Shown here: piece after piece, positions 50,941-59,751 of the stretch
Layout of the letters: every line of letters begins with the position of its first letter
Position numbering within the stretch: position 1 is the first letter of the stretch
Virus record (IMG/VR): IMGVR_UViG_3300010052_000154
Coordinates: 11,827 to 75,826 of that record
Source of the DNA: a virus
Lineage: Duplodnaviria; Caudoviricetes
Direction: 5' to 3' (one strand)
DNA length: 64,000 nucleotides
Program-made: the position numbers and the translations under genes
The notes under the pieces: generated by a model
Told to the model about the DNA's origin: nothing
The model's database searches: none
What the model saw: the letters and a program-made list of their open reading frames with translations, nothing else

Positions 50941-51338
50941 TGTCCGGCGAGAACCATGCCCCCGATCCCGTTGACGTCCACGTCGGAATGCGGATGCGGA
51001 CCCGCCGTCAGCAGCTCGGCCAGTCGCAGACCGCCCTGGCGGACGCACTCGGGATCACCTTCCAGCAGGTGCAGAAGTACGAGCGCGCGGCGAACCGCAT
51101 CAGCGCCTCGATGCTCCACCGCGCGGCGGCCTTCCAGGATGTCCCGGTCGGCTACTACTACGAGGGCCTGGAGCAGGCTGCCGGCCTGCGGACGCTCCCG
51201 ACCGAAGCGCGCGAGGCGGCAAACTGGCTGACCAGCTCGTCGGCCTGGCCGTTCGCCAAGGCGATGTCCCGCCTGCCCGAGCGGTTCCAGCGCTCGGTAC
51301 TGAAGGTCGCGCAGGACATGGCGGAGGCCAGCGTCTGA
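50940..51338 (+). CDS. XRE-family transcription factor of the alphaproteobacterial chromosomal type
   Basis: PVDVHVGMRMRTRR..LG.SQ..LA..LGITFQQVQKYE...NRISAS. Confidence 0.9.
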   Translation: MSGENHAPDPVDVHVGMRMRTRRQQLGQSQTALADALGITFQQVQKYERAANRISASMLHRAAAFQDVPVGYYYEGLEQAAGLRTLPTEAREAANWLTSSSAWPFAKAMSRLPERFQRSVLKVAQDMAEASV

Positions 51339-52519
51339 TGGCCGAGAACACCTCCATCTCCTGGGCCGATGACACCTTCAACCCGTGGGAGGGCTGCCAG
51401 AAGGTCGGACCTGGCTGCGACAACTGCTACGCCGAGGCGCGCAACGCTCGCTATGGCGGCGGTGTCGCCGCGAATTGGGGTCCGGGCGCGCCGCGCCGGC
51501 GGACCTCGAAGGCGAACTGGCGCAAGCCGCTGAAGTGGGAGCGGGAGGCCGCGGCCGACGCTCTGCTACCGTCCGAGCAACGCATGTGGCCACGCGGCCG
51601 GTTCGTGTTCTGCGCTTCCCTCGCCGACGTCTTCGACAACGCCGTCCAGACGGAGTGGCGGCGCGATCTCTTCGATCTGATCCGCGCGACGCCGCACCTG
51701 ACTTGGCTGCTGCTGACCAAGCGGCCGGGGAACATCACACCGATGTTCAAGGCGATCGCCGAGAAGGATCTTGGCCCTTATGCGGACGACAGGGGCGTCC
51801 GCTCAGCTTGGCCCCGCAATGCCGCCATCGGCTGTACGGTCGTCAACCAGGACGAGGCGGAGCGCGACGTCCAGAAGCTCCTCCTCGCAAAGGACTTGCT
51901 GCGTCCTGCCTTCGCGTTCCTGTCGTTGGAGCCCCTTCTAGGCCAAGTCGACCTCACTTCGCTCCAGCGCTTCCCGGCGGGAACTGCTGATCGCGAGTTC
52001 ATGGACGCCCTGCGCGGCCGGTTCTGGACGGACCAGACCGACCTCCCCAACCCTGATCCACGCTGGGCCAAGCCTGGCGTCCCCTTCGACTGGAACTATA
52101 GCCGCCGTGGCGGCATCGACTGGGTTATCACTGGAGGGGAGACCGATCAGGGCGGCCACAAGGCCCGGCCAACGCACCACGAGTGGTTTCAAAGCCTTCG
52201 CGACCAGTGCGCGGCTGCCGGCGTCCCCTTCCACCACAAGCAGAACGGCGAATGGATGCCGATCTGCTGGATGCCGGACGGCGCCTCGGACGATCTCTAC
52301 CACCCGGCGCCCAAGCGTGACCCCGAAGCCACCAGGCGCGCCAAGGTCGAGCAAACGGTCATGAACCGCGACGGCAGCCTGCATCCAAGCGCAGCCGACC
52401 CTGAGACCTATCACGCACACCACGGCTCGATGCTGATCTTCAAGATCGGGGCACAGCGCGCCGGCCGGAACCTTGACGGCGTGATCCACGACGCTCGGCC
52501 GGAGGTGCTCCATGGGTGA
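51338..52519 (+). CDS. DUF5131 / Gp37Gp68-family protein
   Basis: TFNPWEGCQKVGPGCDNCYA, VFCASLADVFD, LLLTKRP, FLSLEPLLG and WVITGGE motifs. Confidence 0.9.
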   Translation: MAENTSISWADDTFNPWEGCQKVGPGCDNCYAEARNARYGGGVAANWGPGAPRRRTSKANWRKPLKWEREAAADALLPSEQRMWPRGRFVFCASLADVFDNAVQTEWRRDLFDLIRATPHLTWLLLTKRPGNITPMFKAIAEKDLGPYADDRGVRSAWPRNAAIGCTVVNQDEAERDVQKLLLAKDLLRPAFAFLSLEPLLGQVDLTSLQRFPAGTADREFMDALRGRFWTDQTDLPNPDPRWAKPGVPFDWNYSRRGGIDWVITGGETDQGGHKARPTHHEWFQSLRDQCAAAGVPFHHKQNGEWMPICWMPDGASDDLYHPAPKRDPEATRRAKVEQTVMNRDGSLHPSAADPETYHAHHGSMLIFKIGAQRAGRNLDGVIHDARPEVLHG

Positions 52520-53015
52520 CGCCAAGCGCCGCCAGCAGGCCCTCGCCTTCGGCCAACCCTGGCCAGAGGACATGCACCGCTGCCCGGCCCGCCTCGGCCG
52601 CCGCACCGCCATCGCGCCTGCGGAGGCCATGGGCCTGTCGCACGTGCCGACGCGCTATGGCGTCTGCGCCGACTGTAAAGCGTTCTGGGAAGCCTACCCC
52701 GACGACTGGCAGCACGACGCCGTCGGCGCCGAGCCCTGCGACAACTGCGCCTTCCGAGCCGGCTCCCCCGAGGCTGGCGACCGTGAAGGCTGGCTGGCGC
52801 TGCTGAGCAAGCTCCGCGATGGCGGGGCCTTCAGCTGCCACAAGGGCGCGCCAATCCTCCTGGATCGCGACGCCGGCACCGTGGAATTCGACGCGGAGTG
52901 GATCCGAGGTAAGGGCCGGACCTGCGCCGGCTTTCTGCGCGCGATGCAGCAGTGGCCGGATTGGCTGGAGCGCCGCTTCGGCCCTGACGCACGCCCCGAC
53001 GGAGGTGCGCAATGA
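52512..53015 (+). CDS. Cys-rich hypothetical protein
   Basis: CADC, PCDNCAFR, FSCHKG and CAGF motifs. Confidence 0.65.
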   Translation: MGDAKRRQQALAFGQPWPEDMHRCPARLGRRTAIAPAEAMGLSHVPTRYGVCADCKAFWEAYPDDWQHDAVGAEPCDNCAFRAGSPEAGDREGWLALLSKLRDGGAFSCHKGAPILLDRDAGTVEFDAEWIRGKGRTCAGFLRAMQQWPDWLERRFGPDARPDGGAQ

Positions 53016-53263
53016 CTGCGCGCGCCGACCGTCGAGAGGTCCGAAACCCCATACTCGGCCTACCCGCCTTCAAGGCGTTCCTGGCGCTGCCTCCCGAGGT
53101 CCGAGGCCTCCTCGCCGCGCTCGCTTATGACCTCGCCAACCAAGCGAGGGAAAAGGCCGCCGCCGATCTGCGTCGGAACAAGCCGTGGATGTTCGTCTAC
53201 TGGCGCTGCATCGGCACGTACGCGCGCCACACAGCCCGCGCATTGCGGGGGAGCGGATCCTGA
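53012..53263 (+). CDS. Hypothetical protein
   Basis: Coupled ORF. Confidence 0.6.
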   Translation: MTARADRREVRNPILGLPAFKAFLALPPEVRGLLAALAYDLANQAREKAAADLRRNKPWMFVYWRCIGTYARHTARALRGSGS

Positions 53264-53742
53264 TGGCCGCTCGACACCGCCAGGCCGAGAAGGCGCTCCG
53301 CGCGAAACCGCTCCCGCCCGTGCCCTGCGGCGAGTGTGCGACGCCGGCCCGCCTCGTCACGGGCGCGGTCATCTACCCCCGCCGCCCCGACCTCGCCGGC
53401 AAGGCCTACTGGCGCTGCACCGCCTGCGGCGCCTACGTCGGTTGCCATCCAGGTACGCAGCAGCCGCTCGGCACGCCCTGCAGCCCCACGACCCGCGCCG
53501 CCCGCTTGGCCGCTCATGCCGCGTTCGATCCACTTTGGCAGGCCAAGGTCCAGCGCGACGGCGTCGCGAAGAAGGAGGCTCGAGGATCCGGCTATCGCTG
53601 GCTCGCCGGCCAGCTCGGCCTGGACCGTGCCGACTGCCACATCGGCCTCATGGACGCAGCGACCGCGCGCCGCGTCGTCGACCTCTGCGCCCGTCGCGAC
53701 GCCACCCCCTCATCGCCATCCAACTCAGAGGTCCAGGAATGA
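53263..53742 (+). CDS. DUF3268-like zinc-finger protein
   Basis: CGEC...IYP.RPDL...W.C..C.AYVGCH...PLGT...AH..FDPLW...CHIG. Confidence 0.85.
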   Translation: MAARHRQAEKALRAKPLPPVPCGECATPARLVTGAVIYPRRPDLAGKAYWRCTACGAYVGCHPGTQQPLGTPCSPTTRAARLAAHAAFDPLWQAKVQRDGVAKKEARGSGYRWLAGQLGLDRADCHIGLMDAATARRVVDLCARRDATPSSPSNSEVQE

Positions 53743-54008
53743 CCCACGAAGAAATCACCATCCGCATCCGCCAGATCGTGCTCGACCACATCAAGGAAAC
53801 GACGGGCGAGACTTATCCCGCCGACGAGCTCCGGCTGGACACCATCCTCGGCCAGGACCTGGCCTTCGACAGCCTGGACAACATAGAGCTCGAAATGGCG
53901 CTTGAGGACGCCTTCGACATCGAGGTCCCGGACGCCGACGTCGAGAACTTCACGACCTTCGGCAGCGTCGTCGACTGCATCGCCCGCCGGCTGGCGGTGG
54001 CGGCATGA
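53739..54008 (+). CDS. Acyl carrier protein homologue
   Basis: DLAFDSLDNIELEMALEDAFDIEVPD...TTF; the phosphopantetheine-accepting Ser in DSL is intact; very acidic; 89 aa. Confidence 0.9.
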   Translation: MTHEEITIRIRQIVLDHIKETTGETYPADELRLDTILGQDLAFDSLDNIELEMALEDAFDIEVPDADVENFTTFGSVVDCIARRLAVAA

Positions 54009-56002
54009 GCCGTCGCAAGATCCTTGTAGCCGATCTCCTCTGCGGCGCGGGCGGCTCGATCACCGGCTGCGAGCAGGCGTTGCTCGAGCTCGGCTTCCTC
54101 CTGGAAGAGATCGAGTTCGTCGGCGTGAACCACTGGCCGACGGCAATCGAGACCCTGCTGAAGAACCATGCGCGGGTCCGCGCCTTCGTCCAGGACATCG
54201 CGACCGTCCGCCCGCATATCCTCGTGCCCGAGGGCTACCTCGACCTGCTGATGGCGTCGCCGACCTGCACGCACCATTCAAACGCGCGCGGCGGCAAACC
54301 GACCTCCGACCAGCAGCGCAGCGACCCCTGGCACATCATCACGTGGCTGACCGAGCTGCGGGTGAAGCGGATCATCATCGAGAATGTCTGGGAGTTCGTG
54401 AAGTGGGGGCCGGTCAACGCCAAGACCGGCAAGCCGATCAAGAGCCGCGAAGGCGAGTACTTCTGGGCCTGGATCAACGCTCTGAAGGCCTGCGGCTTCA
54501 CCAAGCTGGAATGGCGCAAGCTCAACGCCGCCGACTACGGCGACGCCACCACCCGGCAGCGCTTCATTCTGATGGGGCGCAGCGACGGCAAGCCCGTTCA
54601 CTTCCCGATGCCGACCCACGCGAAGCGGCCGGACGAAGGATTGGCGCTCTTTCCAACGCTGCAGCCCTGGCGGCCGGCGCGCGAGATCATCGATTGGGGC
54701 ATCCGGGGGCGGTCGATCTTTAACCGTGATCGCGACCTCGCCCCGAAGACTATCTCCAGGATCTACGCTGGCGCGGTGAAGAACGGATGGCCGGACCCGT
54801 TCCTGGTCATCTTGCGCAACCACATGGCCGCGCGCGGTCTCGAACTACCCGTCCCGTCGATCGCGGCCAACGGCCAGCACATCGGCCTCGCCGAGCCCGT
54901 CCTGATCAATCTGAAGAAGGGCGCGGCGCCGCGAACCACGGCGGACGCTCTCCACGCTCAGACCGCCGAGGCGAGCCACCTTGGCTTGGCCGAGCCTTTC
55001 GTGCTCTCCCAGCACAGCAGCGGCGCGGCGCGGTCAAGCGAAGAGCCCCTCCCGACGATCATGACCGGCGGCGCCGGCGCGGCTGACCATCCGGGCTGCG
55101 CGCGGCCAGCGCTGATCGAGCCGTTCGTGGCGACCGTTGCGCACGGCAATTCGCCGGATGACGCTACGGCCGACAGCCGCCGCGTTCACAGCGTCGACGG
55201 CCCGCTCGGGGCCTTCCACGCCGGCGGCGGCAAGTTCGCGGTCATCGAGCCCTTCGTACTGTCGCAGGCTTCGGGCGGAGCGGCACGAGGCGTCAGCAAC
55301 CCCATTCCGACCCAGACGACGGGCGGCGCCGGGGGAGCTCACGCTCTGATCTCTCCCTACTATGGCGCCGGCTCGGGCGAGACTTGCACCACGACGGACG
55401 ATGTCTTGCCGACCGCGACCTCCAAGGCCCGGTTCGGCCTGGTGGTGCCGGTCACCAACGGGTCCGGCGGCCCAGAGCCGCGATCCACTGACGAGCAGAT
55501 CCCGACCATGACGACGGCGAAGGGCGGCGAGTTCGCCCTGGTGATGCCCGTCACCCACCAGGGCGGCGCCAATCGGGCGCGCGATGTGGACGGGGAGCCG
55601 CTTCCCACGGTGACCGGCGCCAATCGCGGGGACCTCGCGTTCATCACCGCTCAGCACGGCGAACGGCCTGGCCAAGCGCCGCGCACCCATAGTGTGGATG
55701 CCCCGACGCCAACCGTCGCTGCGACCGGCCACGTCGATCTCGTCGAGGGCGTCGCAGGCGTCGAGGGGCTGGCGGGCTACGACATCCTCTTCCGGATGCT
55801 GGAGCCGCACGAACTCGCCGCTGCGATGGGCTTCACGACGGAAGCGCAGGCCTACGAGTTCGCCGGCACCAAGACGGAGCAGATCAAGCAGATCGGCAAC
55901 GCCGTCTCGGTGCGCAAGATGAAGGCCTGCGTGGGCGCCATCATGGCCGACGCGGCGCCCAAGCGGCGGACCAGCGAGCCTCGTCACGAGGTCGCCGCAT
56001 GA
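54005..56002 (+). CDS. C5-cytosine DNA methyltransferase with a long repetitive variable region
   Basis: DLLCGAGG, ASPTC, ENVWEF, TTRQRF and KQIGNAV motifs. Confidence 0.9.
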   Translation: MSRRKILVADLLCGAGGSITGCEQALLELGFLLEEIEFVGVNHWPTAIETLLKNHARVRAFVQDIATVRPHILVPEGYLDLLMASPTCTHHSNARGGKPTSDQQRSDPWHIITWLTELRVKRIIIENVWEFVKWGPVNAKTGKPIKSREGEYFWAWINALKACGFTKLEWRKLNAADYGDATTRQRFILMGRSDGKPVHFPMPTHAKRPDEGLALFPTLQPWRPAREIIDWGIRGRSIFNRDRDLAPKTISRIYAGAVKNGWPDPFLVILRNHMAARGLELPVPSIAANGQHIGLAEPVLINLKKGAAPRTTADALHAQTAEASHLGLAEPFVLSQHSSGAARSSEEPLPTIMTGGAGAADHPGCARPALIEPFVATVAHGNSPDDATADSRRVHSVDGPLGAFHAGGGKFAVIEPFVLSQASGGAARGVSNPIPTQTTGGAGGAHALISPYYGAGSGETCTTTDDVLPTATSKARFGLVVPVTNGSGGPEPRSTDEQIPTMTTAKGGEFALVMPVTHQGGANRARDVDGEPLPTVTGANRGDLAFITAQHGERPGQAPRTHSVDAPTPTVAATGHVDLVEGVAGVEGLAGYDILFRMLEPHELAAAMGFTTEAQAYEFAGTKTEQIKQIGNAVSVRKMKACVGAIMADAAPKRRTSEPRHEVAA

Positions 56003-56340
56003 CCGCGCGCCGGAAAAGCAAGGCCCTGGCCATGTCCAGGCGGGGCCTCACCGGCCCGGCGGCGGTGTTCAAGGGCTGGCTGGCCGTCCCGCCGTCGGCC
56101 GCCCGCGCGCTGGCGGAAATGTGGGCCGCCCGCGGCCGCGCCGTGACGCGCGCCGCGCTGATGAAGAGCAGCGGCCAGACGTCGGCAGGCCTGAACCTCA
56201 GCGTGAAGCTGCTCCGTGCGGCCATGGACGCCGGCGCCATCGAGACCCTGCCGGGCGAGGGCTACTTCCTCAGCGCCGTTGGCTTGGCCGAATGCCGGCG
56301 AGCGCTGGCGGACGCTGAGCAGGTCCGGAGCGCGGCATGA
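55999..56340 (+). CDS. Stand-alone OmpR/PhoB-type winged-helix protein
   Basis: GRAVTRAALM......LSVKLLR......IETLPGEGYFL. Confidence 0.65.
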   Translation: MTARRKSKALAMSRRGLTGPAAVFKGWLAVPPSAARALAEMWAARGRAVTRAALMKSSGQTSAGLNLSVKLLRAAMDAGAIETLPGEGYFLSAVGLAECRRALADAEQVRSAA

Positions 56341-56610
56341 CCGACCGCACGCCCTGCGCCGTCCCACACTGCCGCCGCTCCCTGAAGGGAGCGCTGGGCC
56401 TGGTGGCTTTGCGTCGAGCACAAGCGCGGCGTCCCGATGCGCGTGAAGGCCCAGCACCGCCGTGCCAAGGCGATGTGCAAGCGGCGCGGCTGGATCGAGC
56501 AGTCGGAGAGGGCCTGGTGGACGACCAGCGACCGCGCCCGCCGGGTCATGGACCGGGCCGGCCGGCTGATGATCCGCGCCGCCATCAAAGCCGCGTCGGG
56601 GGTCGCATGA
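56337..56610 (+). pseudogene. Small Cys/His protein split by an apparent 1-nt frameshift near 56385-56391
   Basis: MTDRTPCAVPHCRRSLK continues in the +1 frame as ERWAWWLCVEHKRGVP...AIKAASGVA*, whose stop overlaps the next ATG. Confidence 0.5.
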
Positions 56611-56831
56611 GCACCTCTCGTGCCTGCAAGACCTGCCAGTGGTGGCTCCCTAACAGCGGCCTAGCCGACGCGACGCTCGGCCTCTGCCGCGCACACCCGC
56701 CCACCGTCGACGGCGGCGTCACCCGCTGGCCCGTCGTTCACGCCGACGACTGGTGCGGCACCCATCAAATCCGCGCCGAGCTCGTCGGCGGCGATGTCCG
56801 CAACCCGCGAAGCCAGGAGACAGCGTCTTGA
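56607..56831 (+). CDS. Small Cys4 protein
   Basis: MSTSRACKTCQWW...GLCRAHPP...WPVV..DDWCG. Confidence 0.65.
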   Translation: MSTSRACKTCQWWLPNSGLADATLGLCRAHPPTVDGGVTRWPVVHADDWCGTHQIRAELVGGDVRNPRSQETAS

Positions 56832-57652
56832 CGCCCTCGATCAAAATCGAAGCCGTAAACTCCCCCGACCCCGTCGACTACACGGTGTTCCGCTTCCCAG
56901 GCGGCGAACTTCAGGTCCGCCTTGGCGACCCGATTGACCTGCGTAACGGCGGCCTGGTCCTTCGCGCGACCCTCACCTCCGCTGAGGCGGTCTTCGAGCT
57001 TGCCCTCGTCGTCGACGCCCTGCGGCGGCGATATGGCTGGGACGTCCAGCTTGGTCTCGTCTGCCCCTATTTCCCCTACGCGAGGCAGGACCGCGTCTGC
57101 GCACCTGGCGAGGCGCTGTCGCTCAAGGTCATGTGCGACTTGATCAACGACCTCGACTTCGACGCGGTCGAGATTTGGGATCCGCACAGCGATGTCGCTG
57201 TCGCCTTGCTCGACCGCGCCATGGTCGTGCCCCAGGAAGCGTTCCTCGGCGGCGTGGCGCTGCGCGACGACTTGTGGCTGGTCGCCCCTGATGCGGGCGC
57301 CGCCAAGAAGGTCGGCGCCGTGTCCAAGGCGACCGGCCGCCCCGTCATCCAGGCCTCCAAGGTCCGCGATCCACGATCCGGCGCGATCACCGCGACACGC
57401 GTCGACTGGCCAGACGATCTCGGAACCGAGGCTCCGAACCTCCTCATCGTGGACGACATCTGCGACGGCGGCCGCACCTTCATCGAACTCGCGAAGGAAC
57501 TGCGCAAGCGCCCTGTCGGGTCGGTCATCCTCTACGTCACCCACGGGATTTTCAGCCAGGGCCTCGGCGTCTTCGAGGGCCTGCTCGACGCCGTGTTCTG
57601 CCCGAACCCCTTCCCCAACGTCGAACCCCACCCCCTTCTGCTGAGGCTCTGA
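56828..57652 (+). CDS. PRPP-synthetase-like enzyme (Adps-like ADPR-PP synthetase)
   Basis: FPGGE, PYFPYARQDR, DPHS, APDAGA, LIVDDICDGGRTF and YVTHGIFS motifs; TTG start after AGGAG. Confidence 0.9.
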   Translation: MTPSIKIEAVNSPDPVDYTVFRFPGGELQVRLGDPIDLRNGGLVLRATLTSAEAVFELALVVDALRRRYGWDVQLGLVCPYFPYARQDRVCAPGEALSLKVMCDLINDLDFDAVEIWDPHSDVAVALLDRAMVVPQEAFLGGVALRDDLWLVAPDAGAAKKVGAVSKATGRPVIQASKVRDPRSGAITATRVDWPDDLGTEAPNLLIVDDICDGGRTFIELAKELRKRPVGSVILYVTHGIFSQGLGVFEGLLDAVFCPNPFPNVEPHPLLLRL

Positions 57653-57657
57653 AACGC

Positions 57658-59178
57658 ATGAAACTGCGCCCCTTCAACGCGACCGACTTCTACAAGACTG
57701 GCCACGTCGCTCAGTACCCGCCGGGCACCGAGCTGGTCTATTCGAACTTCACGTGCCGCGGCGACACGCACGCGGCGGTGCTGCCGGACTTCGACCACAA
57801 GACCGTATTCTTCGGTCTGCAGGGCGTGATCCAGTGGCTCCTGATCGATCTTTGGAACCGGGAGTTCTTCGACCGCGACAAGGCCGAGGTGGTGGGCGAA
57901 TACGAGAGGCGCCTCCGCGAGAGCCTCGGCCTGGACAAGGTAGACGTCACCCACGTCGAGGCCCTGCACGACCTCGGCTATCTACCGCTGCGCATCAAGG
58001 CGCTGCCGGAAGGCAGCCGCGTCGACCTGCGCGTCCCTCTCCTCACCATCGTGAACACCGATCCTCGGTTCTTCTGGCTGACGAACTACGTCGAGACGCA
58101 ACTCTCCGCCGAACTCTGGAAGCCGATCACGACGGCCACGACAGCGTACGAGTATCGCCGGCTGCTGGACCGCTACGCCGCCGAGACAGGCGCGCCGGCG
58201 GCCTTCGTGCCCTGGCAGGGCCACGACTTCTCCATGCGCGGTCAGAGCGGCATCCACGACGCGAGCCAGTCTGGCGCTGGTCACCTTTTGTCGTTCCTTG
58301 GGACCGACACTATCAGCGCGATCGACTACCTCGAGGACTATTACGGCGCGGGGTCGACGTTCGTCGGCGGTTCGGTGCCGGCGACTGAGCACAGCGTCAT
58401 GTGCATGGGGGGCGAGGAAGGCGAAGACGAGACCTTCCGCCGCCTGCTGGTCGATACCTATCCGGCCGGCATCGTCTCCATCGTGTCGGACACCTGGGAT
58501 TTCTGGTCGGTGATCACCGACCTTGCCGCCGATCTCGCGCCGGAGATCCTGGTCCGTGACGGCAAGACGGTCTTCCGGCCTGACAGCGGCGATCCCGTCA
58601 AGATCCTGGTAGGCGACCACGAGGCGCCTGAGGGCTCCCCGGCATACCGAGGCGCGGTCGAATGCCTCTGGGATATTTTTGGCGGCAAGGTGACCGCCGA
58701 GGGCTACCGCACCCTCGATAGCCATGTCGGCCTGATCTACGGCGACAGCATCACTCTCGACCGCGCCCAGCGGATCCTTGCCGGGCTGAAGGCGAAGGGC
58801 TTCTCGTCGGGCAACGTCGTCTTCGGCATCGGCTCGTTCACCTATCAGTACGTGACCCGCGACACCTTCGGCACCGCCGTGAAGGCGACCTTCGGCCGCG
58901 TCGACGGCGAAGACCGTGAGCTCTTCAAGGACCCGAAAACCGACAATGGCGTGAAGAAGTCCGCCCGCGGGCTGCTGCGGGTCGAGCCGGTCGATGGCGG
59001 CTTCGTCCTGCACGACCGTCAGACCTGGGAGCAGGAAGCCCAGGGCGCTCTGGAGGTCGTGTTCGAGAACGGCGAGCTGATCCGCCGCAATAGCCTGGCC
59101 GAGATCCGCGAACGCCTACACGGCGGCGGATTCGCGCCGGCGCCGACGGCCGCCTCCCTCGAACCGGAGGCGGCGTAG
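57658..59178 (+). CDS. Nicotinamide phosphoribosyltransferase-like enzyme (Namat-like)
   Basis: TDFYKTGH, HDFSMRG, FLGTDT, VPATEHS, SIVSDTWD, FRPDSGDP, IYGDSIT and KKSARG motifs. Confidence 0.95.
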   Translation: MKLRPFNATDFYKTGHVAQYPPGTELVYSNFTCRGDTHAAVLPDFDHKTVFFGLQGVIQWLLIDLWNREFFDRDKAEVVGEYERRLRESLGLDKVDVTHVEALHDLGYLPLRIKALPEGSRVDLRVPLLTIVNTDPRFFWLTNYVETQLSAELWKPITTATTAYEYRRLLDRYAAETGAPAAFVPWQGHDFSMRGQSGIHDASQSGAGHLLSFLGTDTISAIDYLEDYYGAGSTFVGGSVPATEHSVMCMGGEEGEDETFRRLLVDTYPAGIVSIVSDTWDFWSVITDLAADLAPEILVRDGKTVFRPDSGDPVKILVGDHEAPEGSPAYRGAVECLWDIFGGKVTAEGYRTLDSHVGLIYGDSITLDRAQRILAGLKAKGFSSGNVVFGIGSFTYQYVTRDTFGTAVKATFGRVDGEDRELFKDPKTDNGVKKSARGLLRVEPVDGGFVLHDRQTWEQEAQGALEVVFENGELIRRNSLAEIRERLHGGGFAPAPTAASLEPEAA

Positions 59179-59751
59179 ATGACCGCCGCCTACCCGCTTA
59201 CCTGGCCTGACCACTTCGCGCGCTGGAAAGGCGCGCGGCAACCCGGCCAATTCAAGACCACGATCTCGGCAGCGCTGAAGAACGTCGAGACCTCGCTACG
59301 CCTCTTCGGCGACAACAGCGGGAAGCCGGTCCGCAACGTCGTAATTTCGTCGAACGTCACCCTCGGCGCGAGCAAGCCCTCGGATCCTGGCGTCGCAGTC
59401 TGGTTCACCTGGGAGGAAACCCAGGTATGCATCCCTGTCGATCGATACTCGACGGTCGAGGCCAATCTCCAGGCAATCCATCACGTCCTCGAGGCGCGGC
59501 GGACTGAGTTGCGGCATGGGACGCTCGCCTTGGTGCGAGCCAGCATGAAGGGCTTCCTAGCCCTGCCGCCCGGCCCGAGCTGGCGCGACGTCTTGCGCCT
59601 GCCTGCCGCCGGCGCCGTCACCAAGGATGACGTCGAGCGAGCCTTCAAAGATGCCGCGCGCGCCGCCCATCCCGACCAGGGCGGCTCCAACGACGCGATG
59701 GCCGCGCTGATCGACGCCAGGGACCGCGCGATCAAGGAGATTTCGGCATGA
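59179..59751 (+). CDS. Phage J-domain-containing protein
   Basis: C-terminal WRDVL...AHPDQGGS (HPD motif). Confidence 0.85.
   Translation: MTAAYPLTWPDHFARWKGARQPGQFKTTISAALKNVETSLRLFGDNSGKPVRNVVISSNVTLGASKPSDPGVAVWFTWEETQVCIPVDRYSTVEANLQAIHHVLEARRTELRHGTLALVRASMKGFLALPPGPSWRDVLRLPAAGAVTKDDVERAFKDAARAAHPDQGGSNDAMAALIDARDRAIKEISA

Noticed and set aside
56828-59178. Ordinary NAD salvage (NARP2) or a host housekeeping prs/nadV pair
   Set aside because: No NMN adenylyltransferase (HxGH) gene is nearby, and the genes are coupled within a phage early operon. Substrate specificity remains untested.
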